64,000 bases of DNA from Camelus dromedarius (lineage: Eukaryota), in the NCBI RefSeq assembly GCF_036321535.1, contig NC_087436.1, forward strand, positions 102,798,001 to 102,862,000. Reading direction: 5' to 3'. The notes beneath the pieces are model-generated. The model was not told the origin of the DNA and did no database searches. It worked only from the letters and a program-made list of their open reading frames with translations. Position numbers and translations under genes: made by a program. Shown here piece by piece: positions 25,715 through 39,832 of this stretch (positions are counted from its first letter, which is position 1; every line of letters starts with the position of its first letter).

Positions 25715-26085
25715 TACATTCATTATTAGAGTATTTTTTAAATGTCCACTGCTGCCAGGATCTTTGTGTTTGGAATTCTACAAAAGTCTCTGCCTTGCTG
25801 GAGCTGAAGAATTAAAAATAAGGATGAAAAATATAGTAAACTGATGATCTAATATATGATCAGATTTTAAGTCCCATGGCAAAATAAATAAAAACAGAGC
25901 AAGGTAAAGATAACCCAGAATGCCAGAGGGGACAGGTGGAAGAGGTTGAAGCACTAAATAAGGTGTTCACAGTAGCTCTCACTGATAAGCTGAGATCTGA
26001 GTGAAGGAAGTGAAGGCATCAACCAAAGAGGTATCTCAGGAAAAATCATTCCAGGCAGAGAAAAGAGCAGTAGCAAAGCCATCTC
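25715..26085 (-). mobile_element. L2 fragment preceded by a (CTTC)-rich tract
   Basis: aaagtctctgccttgctggagct...ctcactgataagctgagatctgag...cattccaggcagagaaaagagcagtagcaaagcc. Confidence 0.75.
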
Positions 26086-27779
26086 AGATGTGGTATCTCC
26101 CTTTATTTGATTCCTAGCTGAAGATACAAGTCTACTCTCAGAAAAATTTTTAAAAAATTAAAGGTTATTGCATAGGAACATCTGATTTATCCTCTAGTGC
26201 ACAGCTATAGGGTTTGTGTTGTTGTTTTTATTCACTTGTATAAGTTTCTGTTTCTTAGTAGCAGCTCTAAGCCCTTGAAGGAAGATTGTGCCAGGAGGTG
26301 GCTGTGTGTGGGAGAAGTGAGAAAAGCTGTGAGCTACTCAGTGGGAGCTGTTGGAGAGGCCGGAAGGCTGGGGTCACAGAAGAATCAGGGAGCAGAACAC
26401 AGGATAAAATGCAGAGTGTCCGGAAGTGAGGCACCAGACGTTGATGTAGGCAAAGACAGCCTTAGTAGAAGAAGTAGTTTTCAGGCAATACTGACTGTGT
26501 AATCTGAAGATGGAAGCTCAGGTGTGAGGAAAAGGAGAGGGAAAACAGAGGCAAGGTTTTTTTCTAACTCATATCAAATCAAGAAATAATTAGATTCACC
26601 AAATATTACTTTTCTGTGAACAAAGGCTTAATTAAGAATTCATAAAACTAGTCAAACAGATGCAAATTGGGGGAACAATGAATAAGACCTCTTCAGAGTC
26701 AGGGATATGCATTTATGTGCTTGTGACATTTTAGGGACAATTTTTTTTTTCAGGAAAAGTCAAGTCAAAAACATGTTCTTTTTTCTTTTCCTAGGTACTC
26801 ATTTTGCTCTTAAAGTGAATGGTAGAGTGTTGCTTTAACACCTTAAGAACTCGGAGAGCATTTTCAGAAGACTTTTTAAAGATAAAAGGCTAAAGATATT
26901 ATGAATATGATAAAGAGCACTGCTTCTTTTTCTTGCAGTTTTACAAAATGAACAAACACATAGCAATCCAGCGCACTCAGAGGGTAGACTATAGAATTAT
27001 GCTTGTTTTCTTCTGTGCTGCTCATTTTTTCTCTTCCCCCGTGTTTATTTCTTCATTCAATTGGGTTACACAGGAAATCCTTTGATAAAAGAGTTTTATC
27101 ATTTAAAGTTATACATTTGATTTGGGGTTACCTGGTTAGGGTTGAAAGTGATGTTACAGCCAATAATTTGCCAGATGGGCAAACCAAACCAACAAACAAA
27201 AAGTATGTGCAGAGGGACATTTTCAAGTCCAGGAAAGAGGAGACTTGTTGTTAGTGATTAGCTTACAGACATCGACTGCAGCAAGGGATAAACCAGGAAG
27301 ACAACGCTTCCAGGAGACACACATAAACAAGGGAAAGTAGCTGACCAAAGGGGATGGTAAAGAGAGCTCAGTGAAGTAGACGAAGAATTAGAAGAGAATA
27401 TGCTCTCGGAAAACTTGGGAAAGCATGGTTTTAAGACAATACAGGCTCTGCCTGTAAATACTACAGAATGGTAAAATCCGTTGTGAACTGAGAAGAGTTC
27501 ATGTGAATTCAGTCATTAGAAAGTCATGACTGAGCACAAAACAATGGGAGAAGGAGGAAAGAGTTGGAGATGAGGCTCTGAGTGCAGTGAGATCAGTGAG
27601 CAAATAAATACTAGCTTTTCAAGAGGCTTAGCAATGAAAAGAAAAGACAGAACGGAAGGAGTTACACAACTGGAGAGTGGTATGAGCCAGAAAATTATCT
27701 GTTAAGGGAAACTGTCTTAATAAGGACTTTCTTTTCTTGTCTTTTTCTTTTTTATGGTGGGGTTAAGGTAGGTGAAGGA

Positions 27780-27960
27780 CATGCACTTTACATACATTAT
27801 CTCTTTTAACTGTCCTCCGGAAGAAAACTGAAGATTAATACCTTCAGTTTTCCATAGAGGAAACTGAACCATTTATTATATGACCAAGATCACCTAGCTC
27901 ACAATTGCAGGAAGGATATTTAAATGCAACTTTTTTAGAGCAAGAAAACATGATCTTTAT
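27780..27960 (-). mobile_element. MIR SINE
   Basis: cactttacatacattatctcttttaac...gaggaaactga...ccaagatcacctagct. Confidence 0.7.
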
Positions 27961-29833
27961 TGTGATGCTTCTGGATCTGGTAGATGGAGTTAGGATCAAG
28001 GGGATAGTGGAAAGGTTAGTATTGGATCTGAGTAATGATGAAGGGATGGAGAGGTAAGAGTATTGATAATTGTGTGTGTGTGTGATAAAAAAGGGAAGGA
28101 CTTTGTTAAGCCTAAACTACTGCTGAAATTTAGAGGATTTTTGAGCTTACAAAACAGGCTTTATTAGGGAATCAGGAATGCAGTTGTTTAAACCTGAGCA
28201 AAATTCTTGCTGAGCAATGTTGAGAGACTAGCTAGTGAAAAATACCAGATAATGCAGGGGTAGGAAATCCAGAAAAGAATGTGTGCAAGATTGATTCTTC
28301 ATAGTGGCCACATTTAGGGAACTAAGCTCTGGATAACTTCCATTGTATCACGTGGAATGGGATATGAAACAGATTTCATTAGAGAGTCTCAAAAGTTTAA
28401 AATTAGCAAGAGAGATTATGAGTCTGCTGCTCTTTCCTTGTGTGAGTGGGACCAGGTGTATTTGGACCCTAAGAATGTAGTTATGTTACTGAATATTTCA
28501 GAAATTTAGAGATTTTTTAAAAACATTTTTCTACATTTTGGCTTCTTGAGTTAAGTAAATTGGTATGTTAGAGGATGTCTCCTTTACCCTAGACCTATGA
28601 GTTCTTCATCTTTTTAAGCATGTTAGATCTCGAGCCATCTACTCCTGTTCAAATGATAGTAAAACTTATCTCGCCTCAGAAGCCATGGAGAAATTTCAGG
28701 GGTTGTAAACCTGCAAATTTGTCATATTTTCCCTTGCAAACATTGATTTCCATTCCAGAAGTCAAGAACCCAGGTCTTTATCGTTTTCTTCCCCAGGAGA
28801 ATTTGTTTACATTAGAGAGATTAAAGTTCTCTCCTTCTTTCAAGAGGTAAAGGAGGCAAGGTGTAATAAACGTGCCAGATTCATATTTTCAGGTTCTCTC
28901 TTCTGCCATACAGACCCCAAGACATGCAGGGTGACACTGACTCTCATCACATTGCTCTGAAAGAGAAAAGAATTGAGCCAAAGAGGAATCAATGTGGTTA
29001 TTGCTGTAATAATTATAATCTCTCCCTCCCTGCCCCAGAAGCCTTGGGTCTACTTTCAAAATAATGAGAATAACTATAGATATTAGAAATATCACATAAC
29101 ACCCATATGCTATTTCTTTTTCTATTTGTAGATCCTTGGAAATAAAATAACCATTGTGGTGAAAAGCCATCTGGGTTTGGGAGCAGCTACTTCTAGAAAT
29201 TATCTGAGAATGCTAAGCATCTAGCACGTAGAGACCAGGGCCCATGGAAAGTTGTGGTCCTGTCATCTGGAGGAGGAGACAAATATTGACTCTGTGCAAA
29301 ATCTAGCTTGAGAGCATCTCTTTTACTTGGAGAAAGAGTCCGGATATCTCGCTGTTCTGGTAAACCTCGAGTGAGGGTTGTTTTCAGACTGGCCTCTTCC
29401 TTGTACCACAGAAAATAAGTATAGTTGGTTGACACAGCACTGGCAATTTAGAGACTGCATATAAGAAATACCGGCATTAAAAATATAATAATAAAGGATG
29501 TTAATAAGAATATCATTGAAATGATTAAGCCAAGTTTCTTTGTTAAATTGGAAGGAAAATGAAGTCAGATGGAATTCTATAATAGTGAAGGCAGGAAAGT
29601 AAAGTGCTGTTTTGGCAATATTCAGCCAAACACCAACCTCAGTGGAAGAAGTGGGGATTTTGAACGAGTAGTTATTAAGAATCAATCAGAGAAATATCAA
29701 AATTTGAGATATGAAAGATGTCACATCTCTGGACCATGAGATAGTTTAGTATGTTATCCTAAGAATAGATTGTTTAAGTAGAAAAGAGCAGAAAGTGGTT
29801 GAAGATACAAGGTTAAGGAAACCCACACTTTCA

Positions 29834-30189
29834 TTTTTTTTTTATTTTTTCAAATTGAAGTATAGTCAGTTTACAATGTTGTGTCAATTTCTGGTGTACA
29901 GCATAGTAATTCAGTCATACGTATACATACATATATTCATTTTCATGTTCTTTTTCACCATAGGTTACTACAAGATATTGAATGTAGTTCCCTGTGCTAT
30001 ATAGTATAAACTTGTTGTTTATCTATTTTATATATAGTAGTTAGTAACTGTAAATCTCAAACTCCCAATTTATCCATTCCCACCCACTTCCCCTTCCCAA
30101 CCCCATAACCATAAGTTTGTTTTCTATGGCTGTGAGTCTGTTTCTGTTTTGCAAATAAGTTCATTTGTCTTTTATTTTTAGATTCCATA
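29834..30189 (-). mobile_element. short 5'-truncated L1 3'UTR with TSD
   Basis: T-tract then aattgaagtatagtcagtttacaatg...ttagattcca; perfect 10-bp TSD cacactttca at 29824-29833 and 30190-30199. Confidence 0.96.
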
Positions 30190-30589
30190 CACACTTTCAA
30201 ATGGTCCCTTTGTGCAAATCTTAATGTTACCAATCATTAAAGCAAAGGGTTGAAGTTAACCTATGATCCAGGTGCCAAAGTGTATAAGGAAGCAAAAGTT
30301 GTGAGGATGGGATAGAATTGGTATCATTAGGAGATGTAATTGTCAAAAGGTTTTTTGCAAGAAATAGTCTAGGTCTAGAAGTAGAAAGAAAGTATCCAGA
30401 GGAAGATGCTAACCCAGTTACAAGCCCCTATGTTATAAGGATGTGAGAGGCGAGGGTATGAAAAGTGAGAAGCCCACATCCAAGGCTTTTATTAAACCCC
30501 TTTTCTAGACAGTCTATTAATAACTGTTACCCTTTAAATGATCTGGTTACTGCTTCCAAATTGAACTTAAAACTAGTTAAAAGAATTGT

Positions 30590-30820
30590 CTGAGTTCATC
30601 AAACCAGGTTTAAAAAACAACTCTGCCACTCACTGACATAGGAAAATTATTTGTCTTCTCTGTGCATAACTTTCCTAATCCATAAAACATGGCTGTTAAT
30701 GCCTAACTAATTGTGTTGCTTCAGATATTACATGAAATAATATGTATAAACTGTGTAAACCATTTAGCACAGGGCAAGGCACAGAGTCTGCTCAATGCAT
30801 AGCTTTAACCATTATTTTCT
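30590..30820 (+). mobile_element. MIR SINE
   Basis: ctctgccactcactg...tctctgtgcataactttcctaatccataaaa...atttagcacagggcaaggcacagagtctgctcaat. Confidence 0.75.
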
Positions 30821-30954
30821 TAATACCGCTTCCCCATCAATGCTCTCGTTGCCAAGTCCATTGGCTTTTCATACTACAAATTTTTTTCTTTTTATCTTCT
30901 TTTATCTTTTATCTTTTTTCAATCTGTTATCTTTTTATCCTCTAGCTATTCTGA

Positions 30955-31250
30955 AGGTCACAGTTTATGTGAAGAAATTGAATTGCTGTGCAGGCCCAGT
31001 AAAGCCTTGGCCAACCTCTGGGGAGAATGTGGAGTGAGCACTGGCCACTGTTGGGCCAAAATGCCAAATATTTCTGTGCTTGACTCACGCTGTCACCAGA
31101 CATGAGTGGCCAAAGCAACAGAGAACCCCCCAGTGAGCAGTCTCTCTGCAGTTGAGACAAACCCTTAGGCAAACTAAAGGACCAGCAGCTGGAGGCTGTC
31201 TGCTGACCACATTCCCAGTAGCTGGGACAAGTCCTTCCTTGAGAGAAAAA
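30955..31250 (-). mobile_element. ERVL LTR16-family fragment
   Basis: aagccttggccaacc...ctctctgcagttgag...cagctggaggctgtctgctgaccacattcccagtagctggg. Confidence 0.65.
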
Positions 31251-31644
31251 CCCAAATGGCTTTTTCTCAGATCAGCCATACTAATCTATGCCTTACATTA
31301 GGCACTTATTAAAAAAGTCTTTATTTATCCCAATACTTTTCAAGTTTCATCCCTATATTTGCAATTGAAATATAAGTTACATACTGCAGGGACCAAGTTT
31401 AATATTTCTATTGCAGCTGTCAGCAGCGTGCACAGTGCTCAGCAAATAAGAAATATGGAGAAAACACCTACCATTTGAATCATGGATAAAATAATTCAAT
31501 TATCACATCTTCTTTATTCAGATTGCATTGTGAATATTTTATAGTCTGTTCTAAAGGGTGAGTCAAGTATGTATTTTAGGATAAGTATCAATTACTCAAA
31601 ATTCATAACAGATTTTGGATAAGGACACTTTAGACCTGACAGAA

Positions 31645-31775
31645 GTTATTCATCTAACACACATGTATTAACCTCCTCTCATATGCCAGGTGCTGTTGTA
31701 AACCCTGGGAATGCAGCAGTAAACAAAACAGACCACTCATCTGCTCTCGTGGAGATGCTATTCTAGTAGAATTAC
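31645..31775 (-). mobile_element. L2 3' end
   Basis: tatgccaggtgctgttgtaaaccctgggaatgcagcagtaaacaaaacaga...ctgctctcgtggag...attctagt. Confidence 0.8.
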
Positions 31776-33011
31776 AGTGGCTTTCTGAAGAGGAGCCCAC
31801 AGCTTCCATTGTAGAAGGGAGAAATATATCACCACAGATGACCCAATGGACTAGTGGACCGGCAGCTGTATTTATTCTGCTTTGTAGAGGAAAGCATCTC
31901 AGTCAACCGAAAAGATTCCTGGTCTCAGTGAAGTGTTTTAGGAACAGCTTCAGATGAATGTTCTAGGCCTCTGAGCCATTTGGTGAGGGCAGACTGGCCT
32001 GTCTGTTATTCCCACTGGAAATCACGGTGCTGGATTCGTGGTATTCCAGTAACACTTTTGGTTTAACCCACAAAACCCAACAACCTTCCTCTAGTTCCTA
32101 CAGGCATTTGGTGGCTTCTACATCCTGTTTTTTGTGCAAAACCACATTAATATTACCAGTATTCATAGCCTGCATGTTGCCTCCCCTCACACAAGAGCGA
32201 GGAGAAGTGCTTATATCAAGTACTCTTTATTATGTCAGCATAGCTTTAGAGCGAGGAGTTAAGACAAGGGTTTCAACTCAGGGGGAAAAAAAAAGGATTA
32301 TCTGAGTTACTTGGGTGTGATCTGGCAGGTAATATGGATTTCCAGTGGCCTAGCATGAGACAATAGTCCATCCAGACAGTTACAACAATCATTTGATTTA
32401 CACTATTACCTTCTTTGGTAAATAGGAATATTGCTCACCGGGCAGTGGTGAGCCAAGGAGCGTCTACAGTAGGCAGAGAAAAGCTGGTGCTTAAAGCCGC
32501 ACTCTGAGCAACAGCAGAGGTTAAGCACATCTTTTTAAAAGCCCTCCCTCCACCCTGAGAAATGCCTCCTGGAAGTGCAAGCCAGCCCTCCTGGGAGAAG
32601 TCGGAGGGCTCCGAGCATTTGTGCATCTGTGATTTTGTCCCAGGGGAGCACATTTCCTACGTGCAAACAAAAATCTGTGTTAGTTATAGAGCTCTACTTG
32701 CTGTGACTTCAGTCATGTTTAAGCCATATGAGTTAGTTCAGTGAAATACAGTGTCGAGGCAGAAAATCACACCCAAGCATCTTCCAAAAATAGGAAATGA
32801 ATTGACATGAAAGAGGCAATAAAGGAGATTGAGCAGGTGCCACCTGAGCACATGGATTGTGCTAAACTTTTACATAGGTTATTTCATGAGTATATGCCTA
32901 TAAAGGCACTAAGGGTATTATGAACTGCAGTACAAATATATTATTATTATTATTGTTATTATTATACATTTCAACCTCAATCTGAATTATATATATGTTT
33001 TTCTCTTTCAG

Positions 33012-33120
33012 AAATCTTTTCCTCCCATGGGCATTGTCAATCGAAACAACAACAAAAAGATCGATTACCTTCCCTGAAATCTCCTTGTGACCCACTAGCG
33101 AGATAAAAAGAATTAAAAAG
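33012..33120 (+). other. candidate non-coding exon
   Basis: Acceptor tgtttttctctttcag| and donor AAG|gtaaag; retains CpGs; stops in all three frames. Confidence 0.25.
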
Positions 33121-33741
33121 GTAAAGCATCAAGAAAAGGTGTCTGCAAAATCTTGCCGTAAGTTTTATTTTTGTATCTTTTCTATGCCCAGCTCTCAGCA
33201 GACTTTTCCTATAATGGGAGATGCACTAGGTACTTTTACAGATTATAAAATACATCTTTTCTTTCTTTTTAGCTTTTATCCGTCTTTCCTTTTTTCTTCC
33301 TTTTCTTCCTTCATCCCTCCCTTCTTTCCTTCAACAAACATTTAAGTAGCGGTATATGCAAAACCCTCTAGAAGTAATTTATTATGCTATTGTTTTTGTT
33401 GTTGAGCATTAATGGTATGAAAATGGAAGTTTGTTTATGCCAAGGATTTGTATTCAATAGTTTTCTTTGTGCAAAACTTAATTCATTTGCCTCAAGATCA
33501 AGAGCCGAAATATTAATTTCCAACTGCCAGCTAGATTATATTTTCTTGCTAAAAATACTTAAAAAATTAAAATATGTAAATGATATAAGATTCCTTTATA
33601 TACTCAAATAAGTTTAGTAGTGAGAAACAAACTCATTTTACTTTCTATGATCAGATTCAACAGTTTACATGAAAATGTTGGTTTTAGAGTTAGGGATAAT
33701 TGGTTAGGGTTAGGGACAGAGAAACCTAAAAATGGTAGAAA

Positions 33742-34188
33742 TGTGTTTGTTAATTTCCTAAGGCTGCCGTATCAAATTACTACAAACTTGGTGGCTTAAA
33801 GCAACAAAAATTTATTCTTTCAAAAGTCTAGAGGCCAGAAGTCCAAAATCAAGTTTTCAGAAGGGTTGCAATCCCTCTAGAGTTTGTGAATAAGAAATCG
33901 TCCTTACCTCTTGCAGCTTCTGGTGTCTGCAGGCATTTCCTTGTCTTGTGGCTACATAATTCTTTCTAATTTCTGCCTGCAGCATCATATGGCCTCCTTC
34001 CATGTGTCTCTGTGTGTCCTTTTCTGTCTCTTATATTCTCATTGGATTTAGAGCCCACACTATGCCAGTATTATTTTATCCCAATCCTTATCTTTATTAC
34101 ATCTGCAAAGATCCTCTTACTAAATAAGATCATATTCTGAGGCTACAGGTGCTCAAGAATTTGAGAGGAACACTACTAAATTACTATC
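33742..34188 (-). mobile_element. MaLR solo LTR (MLT1A-D like)
   Basis: ttaatttcctaaggctgccgtatcaaattactacaaacttggtggcttaaagcaacaaaaatttattc...tacatctgcaaagatcc...aaataagatcatattctgagg. Confidence 0.92.
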
Positions 34189-34220
34189 TGTCTTAATCCA
34201 AAAGGTGAGCATTTTAGAAC

Positions 34221-34670
34221 TGTTACAAGATTTGATGGATGCTGTGATACTCCACTAAGATCTCCCTCCATGAATAAAAAGCCTACTGGGTGTGCTGCTG
34301 GCCAACAATCTTCAAATATTAGGAATCCTCTTTGCGAATTATCTCAGCTTAAAAGGACCACTTCACCCAAGATTCCTTGAGCAGCTTGCATCCAATGACT
34401 GATGAACATGTGGGGAAGGGGATAAGGACACAATCCCCTTTCCCCTACTCAGTATAGTTCTGAAGGGACTTCGTGTCTTCATCACTCTGTGCAAGGTCAG
34501 CCTAGGTTTCCATGGAGATTGCATGGCATCTTGACCTCTCCATTTGCCCAATATACTTCTTCCTTTGCCAGGTGCCTCTCACACACTCCCCACGGGCATT
34601 CACTTATAAACCTTCTCCTTACACTAAACTTTGTCACAGATTCTACTTCCTGGAGAATTCCTTCTGCTGG
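34221..34670 (+). mobile_element. ERVL LTR16C-like solo LTR
   Basis: gcagcttgcatccaatgactgat...tctgaaggg...gagattgcat...tgcccaat...ataaaccttctcc...ttctacttcctggagaa. Confidence 0.75.
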
Positions 34671-37329
34671 ATAAGATATGAATACATAATTTTATATGAA
34701 CATTTCACAAAATAACATTAACCTTCATTATCTACAATAACCTCTACTATATTTTATTATATTTTATTCCAGGCCAATCTATTCTATCATATTCTACCTA
34801 TCCTATCCTACCTATTCTATCTTAAAGTATTCCATCTATCCCATTGCCTATTAAAGAGACAACCAAGGAGGCAGAGATTGGAGAATCTGTGTCAAGATCA
34901 ACTCAATGGACACACTGAACCATAGTTTGAAAAAAAATTTTCCTTGCATGCTTTCTCTGAAAATAAAGCATATCCTTCTAACTGCAGTTATATTGACTTC
35001 TAGGAGACAGTTTTTTAAAAAAATTTTAAAATACATTCATAATAGTCCTCTAGACCATGCAAATGATAACTTGATTTATTAAGTTTTATCAAAATAGCAT
35101 TACAGTGTCAAGAAATGCCTAAAAAAATGCATGTTAAAAATGTAACCATTCATCAGATTTAAATTAATAACATTCATAAAATATGATATATAAACTTAAA
35201 AGATTCTTATTTAAGAAACTTTGGCATATCTTATCCTAAGTTAAGGTAGTCAAGAAGTTTGATTCAATTAACCAGTTATCAAAGAGATGAGCAAACACAT
35301 ATTTCTTGTTCTAATTCAGAATTTGGCAGACAATTTTAAACGTGCAAGATAACAATGAAAACAAATGCTCTGTTTGTTTGCTGGCTTTTAAGATTAAATA
35401 TTTGAAAAAAATAATCTAGGCATGGTATCACAGGACAAAAACTCTAATCTTAGGCTCCAGTTTGCTGGGTCTGAATTCTACTGTTCAATGTTAAAAACAT
35501 TCAAATGTTGGGTACTTCATTTCTTCACTTTAAAAATGATGATGAGACTGGCAAGAGTGTTTCCAGGTAGACTGAATGCAAAATTAACTTTTTAAGGAAA
35601 GCTTGTGAAAGTAATCAAGTGTTAGACACATTATATGGACTTGACATTAGTTTAAAAAACAAATTAAAAAATAAGATTCAAAAGTTGATTTTAAGTAGAT
35701 TTTTAAGTTGATATTTTGGTGCCTTCTATTGATTTATTTCAGGAGCTACATGGATTTTAGAGAACAATCTTCTTTTCATATTGAGAACCTGTATTAAAGG
35801 CAGGGCACATTCTCAGGACTTAAAGAGATACAAAGGTGAGTTAGACACATTCTGGGACCATGAAAGCTAGAGAGGAAATGGGATAAAAGATAATTATCAG
35901 CATAATTGTGTCACTATTAATAATGAGAACATTTCCATAAGAAAGATGTATTTCATATTTTAAAAAACCCCTCTGTGATATTCGTTGTCCCAGTCTAATA
36001 TTTAAGTGGTGACAATGACTCTCTCTTGTTACCCAAAGTGGAGACACAGAGCCAGAAAGGTCATAGTGCTCTGATAAACACCTCTGAGAAAACAGCACGT
36101 ACATCCGAGATTTCAATTCTCTTGAAATCAATAAACTTCCAAATGTTTCTTGGAAGTCATGCTTCCTGGGAGGCAGGTTGTCCTTTCCAGATCTACTGGG
36201 GCACCTTACCTTGGGTGCTTCAGCCCTTAGCGGGTCGATTAACTGTTACAAGAACTCATTCCCCTAAGGAAACGGGTCCTTATCTTTTCAGCCCAGCCAG
36301 CTGAGGGATAGTGAATGGAGAAGAAAGAGAGTAAAGGCATTTGGTAGTCAAGCACACAGGGGAAGCGCAGACTAATATGGTGTATAAATGAGATTTGGTT
36401 GGCTGCCTGCCTCTTTTCCTTCCTATTCTCTGCTCATATCTTAATATTTTACAGTCCCATTTATTCATCTTCCCCCACTCCCAACCCCCTTAATGGGAAA
36501 CTACTCTAAGCCTGGCTAAAATCCTACATGATAGCGAAAGCAGCAAGATTGTCTACAAAACAAAAGCTCTCTTCAGACACATTAGAAGCTAGGCAGAAAT
36601 TGGTTAATATTTCTCCAGTAGCTGTTTTGCTCAATATCATGGACTCTCCCCTGGGAGGTCATAACACTTACTGTAAGTACATTTGCGCTCCATGAAATCA
36701 CAGTCAACTGAGCCAGCTATAAATCAATTAATACTTCGCGTGAGCTGTGCCCTATTTCCAATGTAAAATCAGCAAAATCCACGTGTTTAAACAGTGCATT
36801 CAAAATATATTCATAACACTATACTCAGAACAAAATATTGCTGATTTAGGGAAGTGCTGCACTGAGTTACAAAGAAAAACAAATTTTTTCCAAAGAATTG
36901 AATTTATTTAGACTTTCACAAGGTGAAAATAATTGGTATATGTTAAAATTATCTTTTTCTTTTTTTACCTTCTTGTCTTGTTCAACAAATTTTACTTTAA
37001 GACAACCACCATTTGCTTAAGTTTGACCCTGTGATTCCATATAATTTCTAAAAATAATAATTATTTTTAATCTCCAGCATGTTCCATAAATATATACTCT
37101 CTTACTCACACATGTCTCTCCTTGGTACCGCCTGTTTTTCCACCAGGAGAGACACCAAAGAGTTGATTCAGGCACCATGATGCTTTCCCAATCCCCAATA
37201 AACAAAAATTTTTTTTTTATATTTACAATACAGAAAACACAAGTTTGAGGAGATTTTAAATTTTAAATGAAGACTCATCTTTGCACTGTTCTAAATGTCT
37301 GGGTTATTTTATCAACTAATAACAGAATC

Positions 37330-37560
37330 AATACATAGCAGTTAAAAGCAGAGACTTCAAAGCCAGATTGCCTAGGTTTACATACTGTTTTCTCCATTTA
37401 TTTCCCATGTGACCTTGTAAAAGTTCGCTTAATTTCTGTCTAGTGAATTCATTTGTAGAAAGAGGGCGATAATACTATCAAGCTAAGTTCATAGGCATAT
37501 AATCAGAATTAAGTGAATACACATATATGCATTTTGCAGTTAGAATTCTCCTTTGTAATA
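37330..37560 (+). mobile_element. MIR SINE
   Basis: gcagttaaaagcagagacttcaaagccagattgcctaggttt...tgtgaccttg. Confidence 0.8.
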
Positions 37561-37564
37561 TGAA

Positions 37565-37603
37565 TGGTAGATGGATGGATGGATGGGTGGATGGATGGTA
37601 GAT

Positions 37604-37649
<46 letters not shown>
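37565..37649. repeat. (GATG)n(GATA)n tetranucleotide STR
   Basis: About 11 uninterrupted GATA units at 37604-37649, preceded by GATG units. Confidence 0.97.
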
Positions 37650-38307
37650 AGTTCAATGAACATACTAGCCATAATTCCTAAATTCATCGACACAGTATGA
37701 GCCCTATAAACCCCAGGACTATCTTAAAAACTAAATAATACTGTTTATGGTTCAAACCTATTGCCATAATTCTTAAAAGAAAGTCACTTGCACACACATA
37801 CATGTGACAAACATCAAACCATTTAATCATGTAACAGCACTACAAGTACACACATCATGAAAGATCTAAAACCAATATGCACAGTTCTTGGTACACAGAA
37901 GGCATGCAGGAAAGGACCCCTGACTTGAAGTGAAGTAGGAGCAAAAGAGAGCTCTGTCAATGAGACTGATTTTCTTCATGTTGACTGGGTATCTGCTATG
38001 TGTAGCAAGCACCAAGTTTAGGCCAGGACCCAAGAACACAACAATGAATTAAAAAAAGTTAATGTGTGTGTGTGTTTTCATGTTACAAAGAATTACATTC
38101 ATAGTAATAGAAGTTTTATTTATAGGACAAGAAGGAAATGAGCATATCTGAAAAATCTGGAGTAGTTTACCAGATGAGATTTTATTGCTGCATTTTGGAT
38201 AGGCAGGGCATTCTGATCTTGCAAAATGGATATTGAAATGAGAATGAACAGCATTTGAAATGATATGAAAATAATGGTTGAATCTGAGGGAGTTAAAAAT
38301 TAATTCT

Positions 38308-39428
38308 TTTTATTGAAGGATAGCTGATTTACAATGCTGTGTTAGTTTCTGGTATATAGCATAGTGATTCAGTTTTATATAAATATATATAAATATATAT
38401 ATATATTCTTTTTTATTATAGGTTATTACAAGCTATGGAACATAGTTCCCTGTGCTATACAGTAGGTCCATATTGTTTATCTATTTTATATCTAGTAGGG
38501 TCTGCAAATCCTGCACTCCTAATTTATCCCTCCCTCTTCCTTTCCCCATTGGTAACCATAAGTTTGTTTTCTATGTTTATGAGTCTCTTTCTGTTTTATA
38601 CATGAGTTCATTTGTGTCATTTTTTTAGATTCCCCATATAAGTGATAGCATATAATACTTGTCTTTCTCTGTCTGACTTACTTCACTTAGTATGACAGCC
38701 TCTAAACTCACTCATGTTGCTGCAAATGGCATTATTTCATTCTTTTTTATGGCTGAGTAGTATTCCATTATATATGTATATACCACAACTTCTTTATCCA
38801 TTCATTGGTTGATGGACATTTTGGTTGCTTCCATGTCTTGACTATTGTAAATAGTGCTGCTATGAACATTGGGGTGCATGTATCTTTTTGCATTAGAGTT
38901 TTCTCCAGATATATGCCCAGGGGTGGGATTGTCGGAACACATAGTAACTCTATTTTTAGTTTTTTAAGGAAGCTTCACACTATTTTACATAGTGGCTTCA
39001 CCAAATTACATTCCTACCAACATTGTAAGAGGGTTTCTTTTTCTTCGCACCCTCTTCAGCATTTATTGTTTGTGGACTTTTTAATGATGGCCATTCTAAC
39101 TGGTATGAGGTGATGCCTTATTGTAGTTGTTATTTGCATTTCTCTAATAATTAGCAATATTGAGCATCTTTTCATATGCATGTTGGCCATCTGTATATCT
39201 TCACTGAAGAAATGTCTCTTTAGGTCTTCTGTCCATTTTTTTTGATTTAGTTGCTTATACCTTTCTTATTGAGATGTATTGGCTGCTTTTATGTTCTGGA
39301 AGTTAAGCCCTTGTCAGTCTCATCATTTGCAAATATTTTCTCCTAGTCCATTGGTTGTCTCTTTGGTTTGTTTATGGTTTTCTTTGCTGTGCAAAAGCTT
39401 GTAAGTTTAATTAGGTTCTATTTTTTTA
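38308..39428 (-). mobile_element. 5'-truncated L1 (decayed ORF2 end plus 3'UTR), inserted in an L2
   Basis: Minus strand translates LIKLTSFCTAKKTINKPKRQPMD*EKIFANDETDKGL...; approximate TSD aaaattaattct/aaaataattct; L2-like sequence on both sides (about 37930-38300 and 39440-40300). Confidence 0.96.
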
Positions 39429-39832
39429 TAAAATAATTCTGTAGGCATAGCATACCTGACACCAAGGAGGAGAATAGTATTTTGGAGAGATAGGTAAAGA
39501 TCACACAGTCTACAAATGACCTTCCACATGTGTTTGACTTGGTACTTTATTTTCTAGTATTTTGGCATTCCTGCAAATGTTAAATAGAATAATTATATAA
39601 CCAGATTTTTGTTAAAGAAAGATCACTTTAATAGCAGTGTTGTAGGAGTATTCCAGGGAAGAAAGGGTGAAAATTTTGAGGAAATTATTTCAGTGATACA
39701 TGTTGACTACAAATGGACATAAGAGAACTGAAAGAACAAACTGACATGAGAGAAGCTGAACATCTTTCAAACCCTGACATACTTGAAATGAATTGGAAAA
39801 GGACAATAGCTATCATGGTGGATGCTCCCAGG

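Noticed and set aside
26795..26983. Two plus-strand acceptor-like sites (26794, 26938) as exons
   Set aside because: Downstream donors are weak (gtagag/gtagac), and there is no coherent frame or recognised peptide.
29795..30004. Similar short ORFs here, at 13559-13798 and at 58183-58371 (LKYSQFTMLCQFLVY...) that look like a repeated protein family
   Set aside because: All are antisense translations of the same L1 3'UTR, not a gene family.
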